This document shows positions 21,318 to 31,074 of a stretch of 64,000 nucleotides of DNA, one piece after another; position 1 is the first letter of the stretch; each line of letters starts with the position of its first letter. Position numbers and translations under genes: made by a program. Source of the stretch: a virus; the IMG/VR virus record IMGVR_UViG_3300029448_000013, positions 1 to 64,000 of that record; one strand, given 5' to 3'. The notes beneath the pieces are model-generated. The model saw nothing but the letters and a program-made list of their open reading frames with translations. It did not search any database and was not told the origin of the DNA.

Positions 21318-23299
21318 TAGAATTTCACCACCGATGTCGAAGTTCTATTCATTCTAGTATTGATTTCCCTTGCGACCTTATTTGCGATATCTCGTATCTC
21401 GGTATCAGAAGCACCTACTCTTCCGGTTACTTGCACTGTTATATGGTTAGTAACTGAAGAAGCAATAGCCTTAGATGCAGTGTTAGAATGAACTTGCGCT
21501 CCTCTTGGCAGTTGTACTAGTTCAGGCCCACGTTCCCCAACAACAGCGAGACCACCTTGACTTATCCTTCCGCCCTCTGCTAATCCAAGAATATTTCCTG
21601 CCCTCTTCAATGCTCCTGAGGCTTTATCCTTGACCTTTCCTTTGACATCTAATGCTTCCTTGAACTTATCACCAATATAATCAGCAATCTTTGCTGGTAT
21701 CCCGGCTATGTAAGCAGGAATACCCATGATGAAATCCTTTATTCCAAACAAGACATTTGCTATCTCATCAGAGTATTGATAGAGGAACTCTGCTGCTTTC
21801 ATAACCACTAGAGCAATTCCAGCAATTAATAGAGCAATCCAACCACCACCAAAGAACACAGCAAGGAAAGCCACTGCTGCCACTATCTTTGCAATAATAC
21901 GTATTACTTGCAATGTCGCTCCTACTATTGCTGCTCTAGCATTACCAAATTCTTTAGTGGCAACTTCGTAAAATCGCTTGTAGAGTTCTGAGATGTATGT
22001 CCCAATACCAATAAGAACTGCTCCTAATGTAGCAACTAGTAGGCCACCTAGTATTGTAAGTCCTGCCAGCAGTAACTCTCCTACGCCATAGACTACTTCC
22101 ATTAGTTTACCCTCTTGAAAACCCTCCCATATTCTCTGTAATGCATCTTTGGCATCACCTAGTCCTTGTGCGACAATTGCCATGCCTATTGCAAAGACTT
22201 CTTTCATTGCAGCAAAACCTGTTGCTAGTTCGTCCTTTGTCTCATCGAACACGCTCTTCAATAGAGTCAGACCTAACATTAGAATTAACAGGTATCCTGC
22301 TGCCATTGCCATGTATCTGACAATAGAGAGTATTCCCTTTCCTAGTCTCACCATTTGCTTTGCTATGTTTCTAATTGGCGTACTGGCGAACTTGAAGAAA
22401 CCAGCAGTTTTTCGTGCCGTTTTCTTTCTCGTTGTTCTGCTTTCCTCTGCCAACATTACCAGTTCATTGAACTCCTTTATCTGCTCTTCACTAGCAAACT
22501 TGTTTCCTATCTTTCCGGTTATCTTCCCGTCTTTATGTCTCACGTTATCTTTGTCGCTCTCACTGCGACCTATTGCCTCAAATCTCTTAGCAATTTCTTC
22601 TTCGGTAATTCCAAATGTTCCTTCCTTCATCTTTTCAGCAAATTCTGCAACATTTGTTAACTTAGTAGAAGCAATTCCCTTTGTGCTGTCAAAGACACTC
22701 TTCATTTTGTTTTCTAAAGCACTAATAATTTTGAATGTCAAAGAATTAGCAAGTAGACCATCCTTTCTTCTTCTTGCTGTTTTGGTTGCAATCTTCTCTA
22801 ACTTCTCCATGTCCTTAGTCTGTCTATTCATCATCATGCCCATTTCTTTTAGGGCTTTGTTAGAGTCCTGATATTGGAATAGTAATCCACCAAAAATTTG
22901 TGATTGGTCTTTCAAGTCATCAATGGCTTTTTGCCTTCTTACACCAGTGCTTTTTTCGGCTATCTCGATGTTTGCTTGTATTTGTTGTATTTCTTTGGAA
23001 GTATCTGCAATCTCTGCATAGACCTTGAGTTGCTTTACTTCCTCAAGTCTTCTTCGCTCTGTCGAACTAGCCATCTCATTGAGAAGGATGACAGAAGCCT
23101 TGATTCTATTCTGTACTCTCCAAAGTCCTGTTCCTGATATGAATCGAGAGAACACCTCCCAATTCTTTGACCCCATTATTGCATTAGTTCTACTTAATGA
23201 TGCTTGAAGAGTTTTCATGTTTTTTGCGCCATCAACAATGGCTCTGTCGATACCAGTAAACTCTTCACGAAGGTCTTTGATATCTTGTGCAGTTGACAT
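21317..23299 (-). CDS. Tail tape measure protein
   Basis: Helical with hydrophobic segments; C-terminal GLAEGG...VVGERGPELV motif; follows the tail chaperone genes. Confidence 0.85.
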   Translation of the reverse strand: MSTAQDIKDLREEFTGIDRAIVDGAKNMKTLQASLSRTNAIMGSKNWEVFSRFISGTGLWRVQNRIKASVILLNEMASSTERRRLEEVKQLKVYAEIADTSKEIQQIQANIEIAEKSTGVRRQKAIDDLKDQSQIFGGLLFQYQDSNKALKEMGMMMNRQTKDMEKLEKIATKTARRRKDGLLANSLTFKIISALENKMKSVFDSTKGIASTKLTNVAEFAEKMKEGTFGITEEEIAKRFEAIGRSESDKDNVRHKDGKITGKIGNKFASEEQIKEFNELVMLAEESRTTRKKTARKTAGFFKFASTPIRNIAKQMVRLGKGILSIVRYMAMAAGYLLILMLGLTLLKSVFDETKDELATGFAAMKEVFAIGMAIVAQGLGDAKDALQRIWEGFQEGKLMEVVYGVGELLLAGLTILGGLLVATLGAVLIGIGTYISELYKRFYEVATKEFGNARAAIVGATLQVIRIIAKIVAAVAFLAVFFGGGWIALLIAGIALVVMKAAEFLYQYSDEIANVLFGIKDFIMGIPAYIAGIPAKIADYIGDKFKEALDVKGKVKDKASGALKRAGNILGLAEGGRISQGGLAVVGERGPELVQLPRGAQVHSNTASKAIASSVTNHITVQVTGRVGASDTEIRDIANKVAREINTRMNRTSTSVVKF

Positions 23300-23305
23300 T
23301 ACTAA

Positions 23306-23521
23306 TCACTTCTTTGTTCCTTCTTTCATTGCCTCCGATTCCAGTCTCTTTACTTCTCCATGTATTTCCAACATTTCTTTTACTACGGATACTGGTGTAT
23401 CATAAGCCTCCAAAGGATTGATTGAAAAAGCGGTACAGTAAGTGTATAGCATAATCTTCATTGCCACCTCACTACCTACACTTCCACCTTTCAATGCTCT
23501 TCGGATTAGTTTTCGTTTCCC
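23306..23521 (-). CDS. Tail assembly chaperone, -1 frameshifted extension (gpGT-like)
   Basis: Open -1 frame continuing from the G GGA AAC slippery site (23521-23515) into KRKLIRRALKGGSVG...EIHGEVKRLE. Confidence 0.75.
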   Translation of the reverse strand, partial: GKRKLIRRALKGGSVGSEVAMKIMLYTYCTAFSINPLEAYDTPVSVVKEMLEIHGEVKRLESEAMKEGTKK

Positions 23522-23874
23522 TTATCATCCCCCATGACATCCACGAATGGATTAGGGAGGATTTCTTTTAGTTGCGCCCCGATATAGGGATTGAGTCTAA
23601 TTAAGTCAGTAGTAGATAGTTGAGGCTCTGTCTTCTCTACGAAGTTTTCAACCATGTATCTATACATCTTGTTCAGATTGATACCCATAGTTTGACCCTG
23701 AGCATCCATATCCATTACAGACGATAGAGCCTGTTCTACCTGTAACCAAGTTGGTTCTTTAATCCAAACTTGGAGGTATTCATCAGAATCAGAGGCTACC
23801 CTAATCTGATGGCATTCGGTTTCTGTTCTTGCGAACAGCATATTCTTATTACTTACAATTTTTCTTTCTGTCAT
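23506..23874 (-). CDS. Tail assembly chaperone (gpG-like)
   Basis: Lies between the tail tube and tape measure genes; ends in the slippery heptamer GGGAAAC. Confidence 0.8.
   Translation of the reverse strand: MTERKIVSNKNMLFARTETECHQIRVASDSDEYLQVWIKEPTWLQVEQALSSVMDMDAQGQTMGINLNKMYRYMVENFVEKTEPQLSTTDLIRLNPYIGAQLKEILPNPFVDVMGDDKGNEN
23515..23521 (-). other. -1 programmed ribosomal frameshift site G GGA AAC
   Basis: In-frame X XXY YYZ heptamer two codons before the stop; the -1 frame is open into the downstream ORF. Confidence 0.8.
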
Positions 23875-23960
23875 TTTTCTTTCCACCTACAAAACAAATC
23901 AACAAACAAACGTGTTGATGGAATAAAACTTGGATAGCGTTACCTGTTTGGTTACGCCTC

Positions 23961-25502
23961 CTAATTACCTGTCGCACTACCGCCAAGAGTCATGATTGCC
24001 CACTTACCCTTGTAAGTTGCAGTCGTCAGAGTCCTTGCTGTGATTGAAACCTCAACCTCTACTGGCCCTTTATCTTCAGGGAATGGGATAGTAACTGCAT
24101 TGATTAAGTAATCAGCAAGTTGAATGTCAATCTCTTCACCTGTGTCTTTGGTGAATTTCAATGTCAAAGCACCAGTTGATTCGTTAGCATTTCTCAACTC
24201 ATCCCATAGTTTCGTATCTGTTATGAGCATAGTCAAAGTCATTTCATATGTCCTTTGGCCGGGTAGATGAGCAGATGCAATTTCTCTGTTGTAGTTACCA
24301 ATGAACCTCTGCGGTAGTAGGTTATTGTTGATGACAAGAGAGCCACCTTTTACCCTAGCCAAAGACTGACCAAAGACTTTTATTTCTCCATCAGAGAAGA
24401 GGAATGGATAGTTGTCTGCTAGAGTAGAACTGTAATTTACCATTCCCCTACCATTCTCTGCATCACTGAGAGCAGTTAGAGAAGCATTACCACCAAGAGG
24501 CAAATAGTTAGCAGGTGGGTCAAAGGCTCTTCTTGAAACTAAATCCATTGTACACTTTAGTTCTTGACCCTCTTCAAAGTTAAGAGTGAGAGTATTGACC
24601 TGACATCCTGTAAAGATTCTAGAGTACATGTTCTCATTTGGAGTTAGAGAATCCAATACCGTTGTATTAGTATGTCCTGATTTGCGATATACTACATCAA
24701 GAGCGAAAGATGGAAGAACATCATCGTTCGCTTCAGAGAAAGTATAGTTGAACATGTCTGTCCCATTGTATACCTTCAAGTTACCAATAGTCAAGTCAGA
24801 ACCACCAGCATCTATCTCAGGGTAGTTGTTGTGTTCGTAAGACCTGAGTATTCTGTCATCATCTATATCGACAACAACTGCGTTCTCTCCGTTTGAAGTG
24901 TCTAGAGTGGCATGAGTTCCTGAAAGAGTGTAAGATAGTTTACCTAATGCGTAATACAACCAAGAACCATTGTTGAGAGATACATCTAGTGAACCTCCGC
25001 TTACAGTCTCTGCTCCCTTGTACTGATAGTCGAAGTTCCTACCACCAGCAGCAGCAAGGTTGAGTTGCTTCATCTCCACCTCTACGCTTGGTGGTGTGAA
25101 TGTGTTGACTAGTCCAAGCCAACCATCAGAGTGTATTCTAGGATTAGTACCGCCATCTCTAGAAGCATAGAGAGGCGCACCAAACGAAAGTATAGTCGCA
25201 TCCATAGTTCCTGAAGTTACTGCACTGCCGTTAGAGTCAACTGGTGCAGAATCTATGACTATCGTTGTTGCGGTGTTGTCTACGACAGTTCGATATGAAG
25301 TTGCATTGTTTGAGGCTAATGCTCCAATCTTCACAGTGCAGCCGATATACAAATCAGGAACTAAGTGAACTAATCCCGCTTGACCAGTTGATAGAGTTAA
25401 GGTAGTGCTACTTGAAAGAACAGCGTCTTGAAAATACAAGTCCAATTCAGGACTCATTCCTACTTGTGCATTTGCTCCTACGAATACTTCATTGCTTACC
25501 AT
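23961..25502 (-). CDS. Major tail tube protein
   Basis: Tube-like pattern (WLGLVNTFTPP, FTGCQVNTLTLNF, LVINNNL, RTYEMTLT) and position before the chaperone genes. Confidence 0.8.
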   Translation of the reverse strand: MVSNEVFVGANAQVGMSPELDLYFQDAVLSSSTTLTLSTGQAGLVHLVPDLYIGCTVKIGALASNNATSYRTVVDNTATTIVIDSAPVDSNGSAVTSGTMDATILSFGAPLYASRDGGTNPRIHSDGWLGLVNTFTPPSVEVEMKQLNLAAAGGRNFDYQYKGAETVSGGSLDVSLNNGSWLYYALGKLSYTLSGTHATLDTSNGENAVVVDIDDDRILRSYEHNNYPEIDAGGSDLTIGNLKVYNGTDMFNYTFSEANDDVLPSFALDVVYRKSGHTNTTVLDSLTPNENMYSRIFTGCQVNTLTLNFEEGQELKCTMDLVSRRAFDPPANYLPLGGNASLTALSDAENGRGMVNYSSTLADNYPFLFSDGEIKVFGQSLARVKGGSLVINNNLLPQRFIGNYNREIASAHLPGQRTYEMTLTMLITDTKLWDELRNANESTGALTLKFTKDTGEEIDIQLADYLINAVTIPFPEDKGPVEVEVSITARTLTTATYKGKWAIMTLGGSATGN

Positions 25503-25512
25503 TTTCTATCCC

Positions 25513-26043
25513 TCATGTCGCTCTTGCAAACCGCTTTAGTTCCACTCCAATCTTATATCCCAATAATCTTTTCCCTCTATCATTCGCTTCATTTCTAGAT
25601 GTTAGTCGTATTAAATCAGCATCTCCTAAGACCGTACTTGTGGTATCGGCGGGTGTTGCATAGACAGTTGGCCTAAAAGCATTGTTTTCCAAGACGTATC
25701 TTACTATCTTGTATAATGCCTCTAATCTGTCTCTTGAAAACGTGTTACTGGTCATGTCTCTTCGGTGTAAAACACGCAAATGTAATGTTAAACCAAAGTC
25801 TTCACTTCGAGCAGAATAATCAATCGTTGGATAGGTCGTAGAAGCACTGTCCTCAAAAACTATTATCACCGATTCTGAATCGATGTCTACTCTCCTACCC
25901 TCTTGAGGTTCTATGGAACGAATGTCAATGAACTTAGGAGTGGCATTATGACTTGCAGTTATTGTACCTGCACTGACTAAAGCAGAGGCTGATGATGACC
26001 AATTATCTTGTAGAAGTCTAATGATTAAAGTTACTTCATCCAT
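25513..26043 (-). CDS. Putative tail terminator/completion protein
   Basis: Size and position between adaptor and tail tube. Confidence 0.55.
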   Translation of the reverse strand: MDEVTLIIRLLQDNWSSSASALVSAGTITASHNATPKFIDIRSIEPQEGRRVDIDSESVIIVFEDSASTTYPTIDYSARSEDFGLTLHLRVLHRRDMTSNTFSRDRLEALYKIVRYVLENNAFRPTVYATPADTTSTVLGDADLIRLTSRNEANDRGKRLLGYKIGVELKRFARAT

Positions 26044-26225
26044 ATCTTAATCTTCTCCTTGAGTTCTTTTTCATATACCTTCATAAATTTCTCTGTGGCA
26101 TTTTTCGTCACCTGTTCATCTGAGAAACTAATATCAAAACCAATTTCATCTTGCATCTCCTTGAGAAGTTCGTTTCTTTCCTTCTCTATCTTTAGAATAG
26201 CAAGATAGTCTTTTGTTGCACTCAT
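26031..26225 (-). CDS. Hypothetical neck-region protein
   Basis: Coupled small ORF in the structural operon. Confidence 0.55.
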   Translation of the reverse strand: MSATKDYLAILKIEKERNELLKEMQDEIGFDISFSDEQVTKNATEKFMKVYEKELKEKIKIWMK

Positions 26226-26229
26226 GATA

Positions 26230-27306
26230 TCACACAATGAAATGTATTATGTCCTTTTTACCATTCAAAATTGCGTTTGCCTCTTCCAACAAAATATCAT
26301 GTTTGGTTTTCAGGTCTATGTTAGAACCAGTTTCTGCAATAAGTATTGAGTTGTCATCATGTCTTATCACTTCAGCCGCAACTAATTTGGTTGTAGCGTC
26401 TTGAATAGTAGCAGGAACTCTAGACTCACCACTAACATATGTTACTCTAATAGAATGTGAATGTAGATATGGATAGTTCTTCAAGAAGAATATCTTACCA
26501 TCTTTATTGATTGTCCAATAGTCTCCTAATCTTCTTTGGTCTTGGTTGTCTGTGAACTGAGTTACTGTCCCAACTGTGGATGAGATTGTGCAAGCAGAAC
26601 CATCATCTCCCATTAGAAGAGATGAGATTACAACAGTATCCCCTGCTTCACTATCTGTCGTAGCATAGAAGAAATCAGAGATATTGACGGTAGTTGCTCC
26701 TTGAGCAGTCACAGTCTTAGCAGTAGTCTCACCTGTGAACTTAGCAGTTTTATGCGGAAATACTTCGTTGATTGCATCTGCTATTTGACTAGCAGTTGTC
26801 TTAGGCCCATAGTTATCAAAGAAATCTACTCCTTTGTCTAGATGGAATGTATATGCTCCAACTCCTAATATTATTCTCCAAGAACCACTTTCAGGGCCAC
26901 TTGGAACTTTAACCTTAGCAGTCGCAGAAGCCAAGTCAACATACTCTGTTCCTTGCCATACCTCTAGACGTACTAATTTCTGAACATTATTTCTATCTAA
27001 CTGAACAAATCCAATGTAATCCTTGAATCTGTTTACTGGATACGCACCCATTCTAAACGCTTCAAACCCATGAAACTCATGATGATAGATAACAGGACGG
27101 TAAGAATGTGCTACAATGTCATCAACTCTTTCTTCTGCTCTTCTGATTAATCCACCTACTTCAGCAATAGATGGAGTTGTAGACGAACTAAATGCGGCTA
27201 TTTGTAGCAACTGAGAAACATCAGAATGTGTAGTATAAAATCCTCTTCCTTGAGAGTAGTTTGGATTAATGTTTGTGAAGTCACTTGGGGAGGATAGTTT
27301 TGGCAT
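26230..27306 (-). CDS. Head-tail adaptor protein with inserted domain
   Basis: N-terminal YTTHSDV...LIRRAEERVD and C-terminal IRVTYVSG...VPATIQDATTKLVA are gp6/gp15-like adaptor patterns. Confidence 0.75.
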   Translation of the reverse strand: MPKLSSPSDFTNINPNYSQGRGFYTTHSDVSQLLQIAAFSSSTTPSIAEVGGLIRRAEERVDDIVAHSYRPVIYHHEFHGFEAFRMGAYPVNRFKDYIGFVQLDRNNVQKLVRLEVWQGTEYVDLASATAKVKVPSGPESGSWRIILGVGAYTFHLDKGVDFFDNYGPKTTASQIADAINEVFPHKTAKFTGETTAKTVTAQGATTVNISDFFYATTDSEAGDTVVISSLLMGDDGSACTISSTVGTVTQFTDNQDQRRLGDYWTINKDGKIFFLKNYPYLHSHSIRVTYVSGESRVPATIQDATTKLVAAEVIRHDDNSILIAETGSNIDLKTKHDILLEEANAILNGKKDIIHFIV

Positions 27307-27311
27307 AATAT

Positions 27312-28658
27312 TCAACTCCTGAATCTACGGGCTTTAGCCATGAAGGTCTTAACACCCTTGAGTATATCAGATATGCCCTTTATTTTATCCTTATCAGCCA
27401 CAACGAACGCACCTTCTTCTGCAAGTCTTAACTCTCCTTCTTTGTTTAAAATCAAACTATAATTAAGAATTCTCTTTTCTTCAACTGAAAGACTTCCTCT
27501 ATCTTCTTCTTTTCCTGTTGTGCTTTTTGATGGTTTTATTTTTCCACTCTTGAGAGGTTTATAGTTAGAGATAGAAACTACAAGAGTCATTTTACCTACA
27601 TCCAAATCTAGATAGGTTCTTGTTAATTCTGAAAGAGATGGGTCTTGACCTCTTGTTTTTTTATCTCTATCCCTAATTCTTCTTGCTACCATAAAATTAG
27701 ACCTTTCTAATAGATAAATTGCTATCTTGTCTAATTGCTCGTCATCTAAATCTAATAACGTATGCAAGTAAGAGATAGCATCGTTTCTACCACCCGATTC
27801 ATTAACCTCATATTTCTTTTCATGTATGTTGTACGTTAAGGGTATTTCATCGTGTGGTGGTTTAGAATCCATGCCATAAGAAATTTCTAATTTGTTAGGC
27901 TTACCTTTCAATACAAAATCATCAAACTTTATTTTATTGAGTGTAACTGTTTTATTTTTCTTATCATTTTCAATGTATTGAAAGTGTTCACCCATGTTTG
28001 GGTCTGCCGTTATTCCATCATCTTCTAGTAAAGAGATTAGATATGCTTCTAAATCCCATGTGTATGATACCCTACCTGACCTATCTATTTCATCATTAGA
28101 TGTCCTATAATCATCAATCTTATTCGCATCAAAGAGACTTTTATTTTTATCAACCTTATCCATTACTTTAGAGCCTTTACCTTCATAGGTTTGCCCTAAA
28201 TAAGCAGGTAGCAACAGTTGTTCAAAGGTTACTTTTTTCTTAATCAAATTATTTACTATGCTGTTATCTTTCTCAGGCCCAAATAACTCAAATACTGCTG
28301 CACCTTTTTTTGCACTGAAGTTACTTTCCATTGCATTGATAGTTTCAACTACTGGAAGTTTGAGTGCTTTCTCTATTAATACCTTCATGTATTTTTCATA
28401 AGTTTCATATTCTTCTTTAGATTGAAAATCTTTTTCAGTCAAGGACATTAAAATTCTAAAGTCTCTTTTAATATATTCTTTTTTGAACTTTCTTGTATCT
28501 TTAATTTTTTTTTGAAACATCTTGAGAACTAAAGTTCGCAATAGAACAGAAGCATCGTCTGTTGGATTTACTGTTGCACTGTTTACTGATGCATCGTCTA
28601 AGTTGAATATTGTATCCTTGAAGTCGCTATCATTATTCTTGTCGATAGTTAAACTCAT
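27312..28658 (-). CDS. Hypothetical Lys/Asp-rich protein (448 aa), AT-rich gene
   Basis: Long ORF with GGTGG SD; no recognisable motif. Confidence 0.75.
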   Translation of the reverse strand: MSLTIDKNNDSDFKDTIFNLDDASVNSATVNPTDDASVLLRTLVLKMFQKKIKDTRKFKKEYIKRDFRILMSLTEKDFQSKEEYETYEKYMKVLIEKALKLPVVETINAMESNFSAKKGAAVFELFGPEKDNSIVNNLIKKKVTFEQLLLPAYLGQTYEGKGSKVMDKVDKNKSLFDANKIDDYRTSNDEIDRSGRVSYTWDLEAYLISLLEDDGITADPNMGEHFQYIENDKKNKTVTLNKIKFDDFVLKGKPNKLEISYGMDSKPPHDEIPLTYNIHEKKYEVNESGGRNDAISYLHTLLDLDDEQLDKIAIYLLERSNFMVARRIRDRDKKTRGQDPSLSELTRTYLDLDVGKMTLVVSISNYKPLKSGKIKPSKSTTGKEEDRGSLSVEEKRILNYSLILNKEGELRLAEEGAFVVADKDKIKGISDILKGVKTFMAKARRFRS

Positions 28659-28672
28659 ACATTAAATTCCAC

Positions 28673-29380
28673 CTATGCCAACCACTTTGCCCAAGCGACA
28701 CCCTTACTCAAAGCACCTGCTAAACCGAGACCGCTTTGAGGTGGTGTATACGATGGTTGACCAGTAGCGGGGTCAATCCAGTACGGATTATTGAACTGGT
28801 CATAACCAGTAGGAGGTATAGGATATCCACTACCATTGTTCATAGCCATTTGTTGAGTCATCATTTGTTGGTTCATTCCACCCATAGCAGGTGCGCCTTG
28901 TATCTGTGCAGGATTCAAACCTTGTGGATTTCCTACTTGTTGTTGTTGCATTCCTCCCATTTGTGCTTCTTGAGAGGGAGATGAGAATCCCTGTGACTCT
29001 AGGTATTGTTGCTTTGCCATTCTTCTTTGCATTATGACTTCTGAGTTAACTGCTGTTTGTAATAGATTAACTATATCCAAATCAATGTTTTCTTGTGTAA
29101 TACTTGTAAACTCAGACAGTGAATCAGGATGTATTTCTAAATCTCCATTAGTGTTTGAAACAAATTTCATTTTTACTAACATTTGACTTACTACCCTAGT
29201 TGTAACATCTTCCATCATTTTTTCAAATGCATTTAAGAACTGTTCTCCGTGATATTGAAAGAACTCTTCAACATGATTTTCCTGCAATGTTAGAAGATTA
29301 TTAGTCATTTTAAATTGTGATTGCCCCATTGTATTCATCTGCGAAGACAGCGCAGAGTTGCTTGTTCCGAACATACCCAT
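28673..29380 (-). CDS. Gln/Met-rich protein with C-terminal amphipathic helix
   Basis: Low-complexity Q/M/G/P region; ends GLGLAGALSKGVAWAKWLA. Confidence 0.75.
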   Translation of the reverse strand: MGMFGTSNSALSSQMNTMGQSQFKMTNNLLTLQENHVEEFFQYHGEQFLNAFEKMMEDVTTRVVSQMLVKMKFVSNTNGDLEIHPDSLSEFTSITQENIDLDIVNLLQTAVNSEVIMQRRMAKQQYLESQGFSSPSQEAQMGGMQQQQVGNPQGLNPAQIQGAPAMGGMNQQMMTQQMAMNNGSGYPIPPTGYDQFNNPYWIDPATGQPSYTPPQSGLGLAGALSKGVAWAKWLA

Positions 29381-30060
29381 CAGTTCCCCTCCTCCGGTGT
29401 AGTAATCTTAACGCCTTCGGTCAATAAAGATTTAACTTTAGCCGACATCGCTGCGTTTTGTATCATTAGTGAATATAATTGTTCTTCTTTTGAAGAAGCG
29501 TCATTAGCAGGAGGAGTAATACCCCAACCCAATGAGGTTAGTGAATTGATATCCTCTTGTTTCAATTGTGTTATTGGCCCTGACTTCACAAGATTTACAG
29601 GGTTAAGACTTCTAGCAGATGGGATATAGGCACTAAAAGAAAGTCCATGTTCTTCTGCCAATATCTGCTGTTCTAACATTTCATATTGCATATGTATTTG
29701 AGCATGTTTCTCACAATAAGTTCCTCTCATTGGATATCCCTTACGTACCTTGTGCAGTGGAAGTGGTGGTCTTCTAGTATCGTTAGAAGTCCATATCTTC
29801 TGTGTTCCACATATTACACATCTATCTTTGATGTTGTATTTGAAACTGTAAGGCACTTTCAGCATTGTTTTCTTTTCAGGTTTCAATACTTTGATAATTT
29901 CCTTCAATTGTTTCTTTGGCTTCATTGATTTATACTCGTATGGCATTATCGGCCCTGCTGCTCTTGCAGCAGTTAGCCTATCCATAAACGGGTTAGGGCC
30001 AGCATTTATTGTTGCGTTCGTTGCTCCTATCAAACTAGGGGGTGTAAATTGCATAGACAT
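29380..30060 (-). CDS. Putative Zn-binding protein
   Basis: CVIC...CEKH ligands; translationally coupled to the next gene. Confidence 0.7.
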   Translation of the reverse strand: MSMQFTPPSLIGATNATINAGPNPFMDRLTAARAAGPIMPYEYKSMKPKKQLKEIIKVLKPEKKTMLKVPYSFKYNIKDRCVICGTQKIWTSNDTRRPPLPLHKVRKGYPMRGTYCEKHAQIHMQYEMLEQQILAEEHGLSFSAYIPSARSLNPVNLVKSGPITQLKQEDINSLTSLGWGITPPANDASSKEEQLYSLMIQNAAMSAKVKSLLTEGVKITTPEEGN

Positions 30061-30121
30061 TTTATTTTTTCTCCTATCAATCTAAGCCTACCTTGCGGTG
30101 AGACCTAAGTAGTCTGACGTA

Positions 30122-30793
30122 TCAGTAGTCTTTTATCATTGTTAATACTCCACGATAGACCATTTCAGAATCAGACTTAGCACTCACTATGTATTTGTGG
30201 CATGGAATACCCGTTTCATTTAACTTCTGAAGTCCGGGTTTGAATGATGCAAATATTGGGTGGTCTTCTATTTTTCCAGCATGTGGATACTTATCTTTCC
30301 AAAGGTCATACTTGTTTGCCCACAGACCAACTGCTAACGGGTAGTCATGGTCTTGTTTCTTTTTCTTTCTTCCACCAATTGTGTAATATTGATTACATAT
30401 TGTATCTACAAGAAATGTCCAAGACAACTGTTGTTCGATATCATAGTGCTTATCTAAATGCCTATCATCAAATAGGAATACAATGTATTTGACATGTCTT
30501 TCCCTCATATCTCTAACCCATTCTTCCCAATATACTGTCTGTCCTCCTATGTCAGCAGTCTTGATTGTATGAGCATCCCCGTCTAACTTTACAAATTTTC
30601 TAGTTGCTCTATGTCTCCCAACAGTTCGTTTTTGTATTTCAGGAACTTCACCCCTAGTCATCAACTGTCGATGCAGTGTTGTTTTACCTGCTTTGCTTGC
30701 TCCATAAATCCCGAAGTTAATAGCGTGGAGGCGATTATACAGTTTATTCATTGCCTCTACAATGAGTATTGCAAACCCTGCCATTACCGACAT
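30122..30793 (-). CDS. Ras-superfamily (Arf-like) small GTPase
   Basis: G1 GASKAGKT, G2 RTVG, G3 DIGGQ followed by W, G4 NKYD, G5 SAK; hydrophobic/amphipathic N-terminal helix. Confidence 0.9.
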   Translation of the reverse strand: MSVMAGFAILIVEAMNKLYNRLHAINFGIYGASKAGKTTLHRQLMTRGEVPEIQKRTVGRHRATRKFVKLDGDAHTIKTADIGGQTVYWEEWVRDMRERHVKYIVFLFDDRHLDKHYDIEQQLSWTFLVDTICNQYYTIGGRKKKKQDHDYPLAVGLWANKYDLWKDKYPHAGKIEDHPIFASFKPGLQKLNETGIPCHKYIVSAKSDSEMVYRGVLTMIKDY

Positions 30794-30847
30794 ACTAACA
30801 CCCCTTCAGTGAGTCGGATGTCGGAGAGCATTAAAATGGTTGAGAAT

Positions 30848-31069
30848 CTAATGCCCGCCCCAAAGAGAGGAAAGTAGATGCCAACCTCCACTGTATAGAT
30901 TGATTCCCCATAGAGAAATAGCGTGTCCTACAAAGAAACTAACAACAGAAGATATTATTCCCCAAAGCCAAAACCTTGCTCTTAGAAACCACACATCAGC
31001 AGAGTGCGCTCGTTGTAAATCATATGCGAGAGTGGATTCATCCATCCCGAATAAGATTTCACTTACCAT
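30848..31069 (-). CDS. Small membrane protein
   Basis: Hydrophobic segment FWLWGIISSVVSFFVGHAISLWGI. Confidence 0.75.
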   Translation of the reverse strand: MVSEILFGMDESTLAYDLQRAHSADVWFLRARFWLWGIISSVVSFFVGHAISLWGINLYSGGWHLLSSLWGGH

Positions 31070-31074
31070 TCAAA

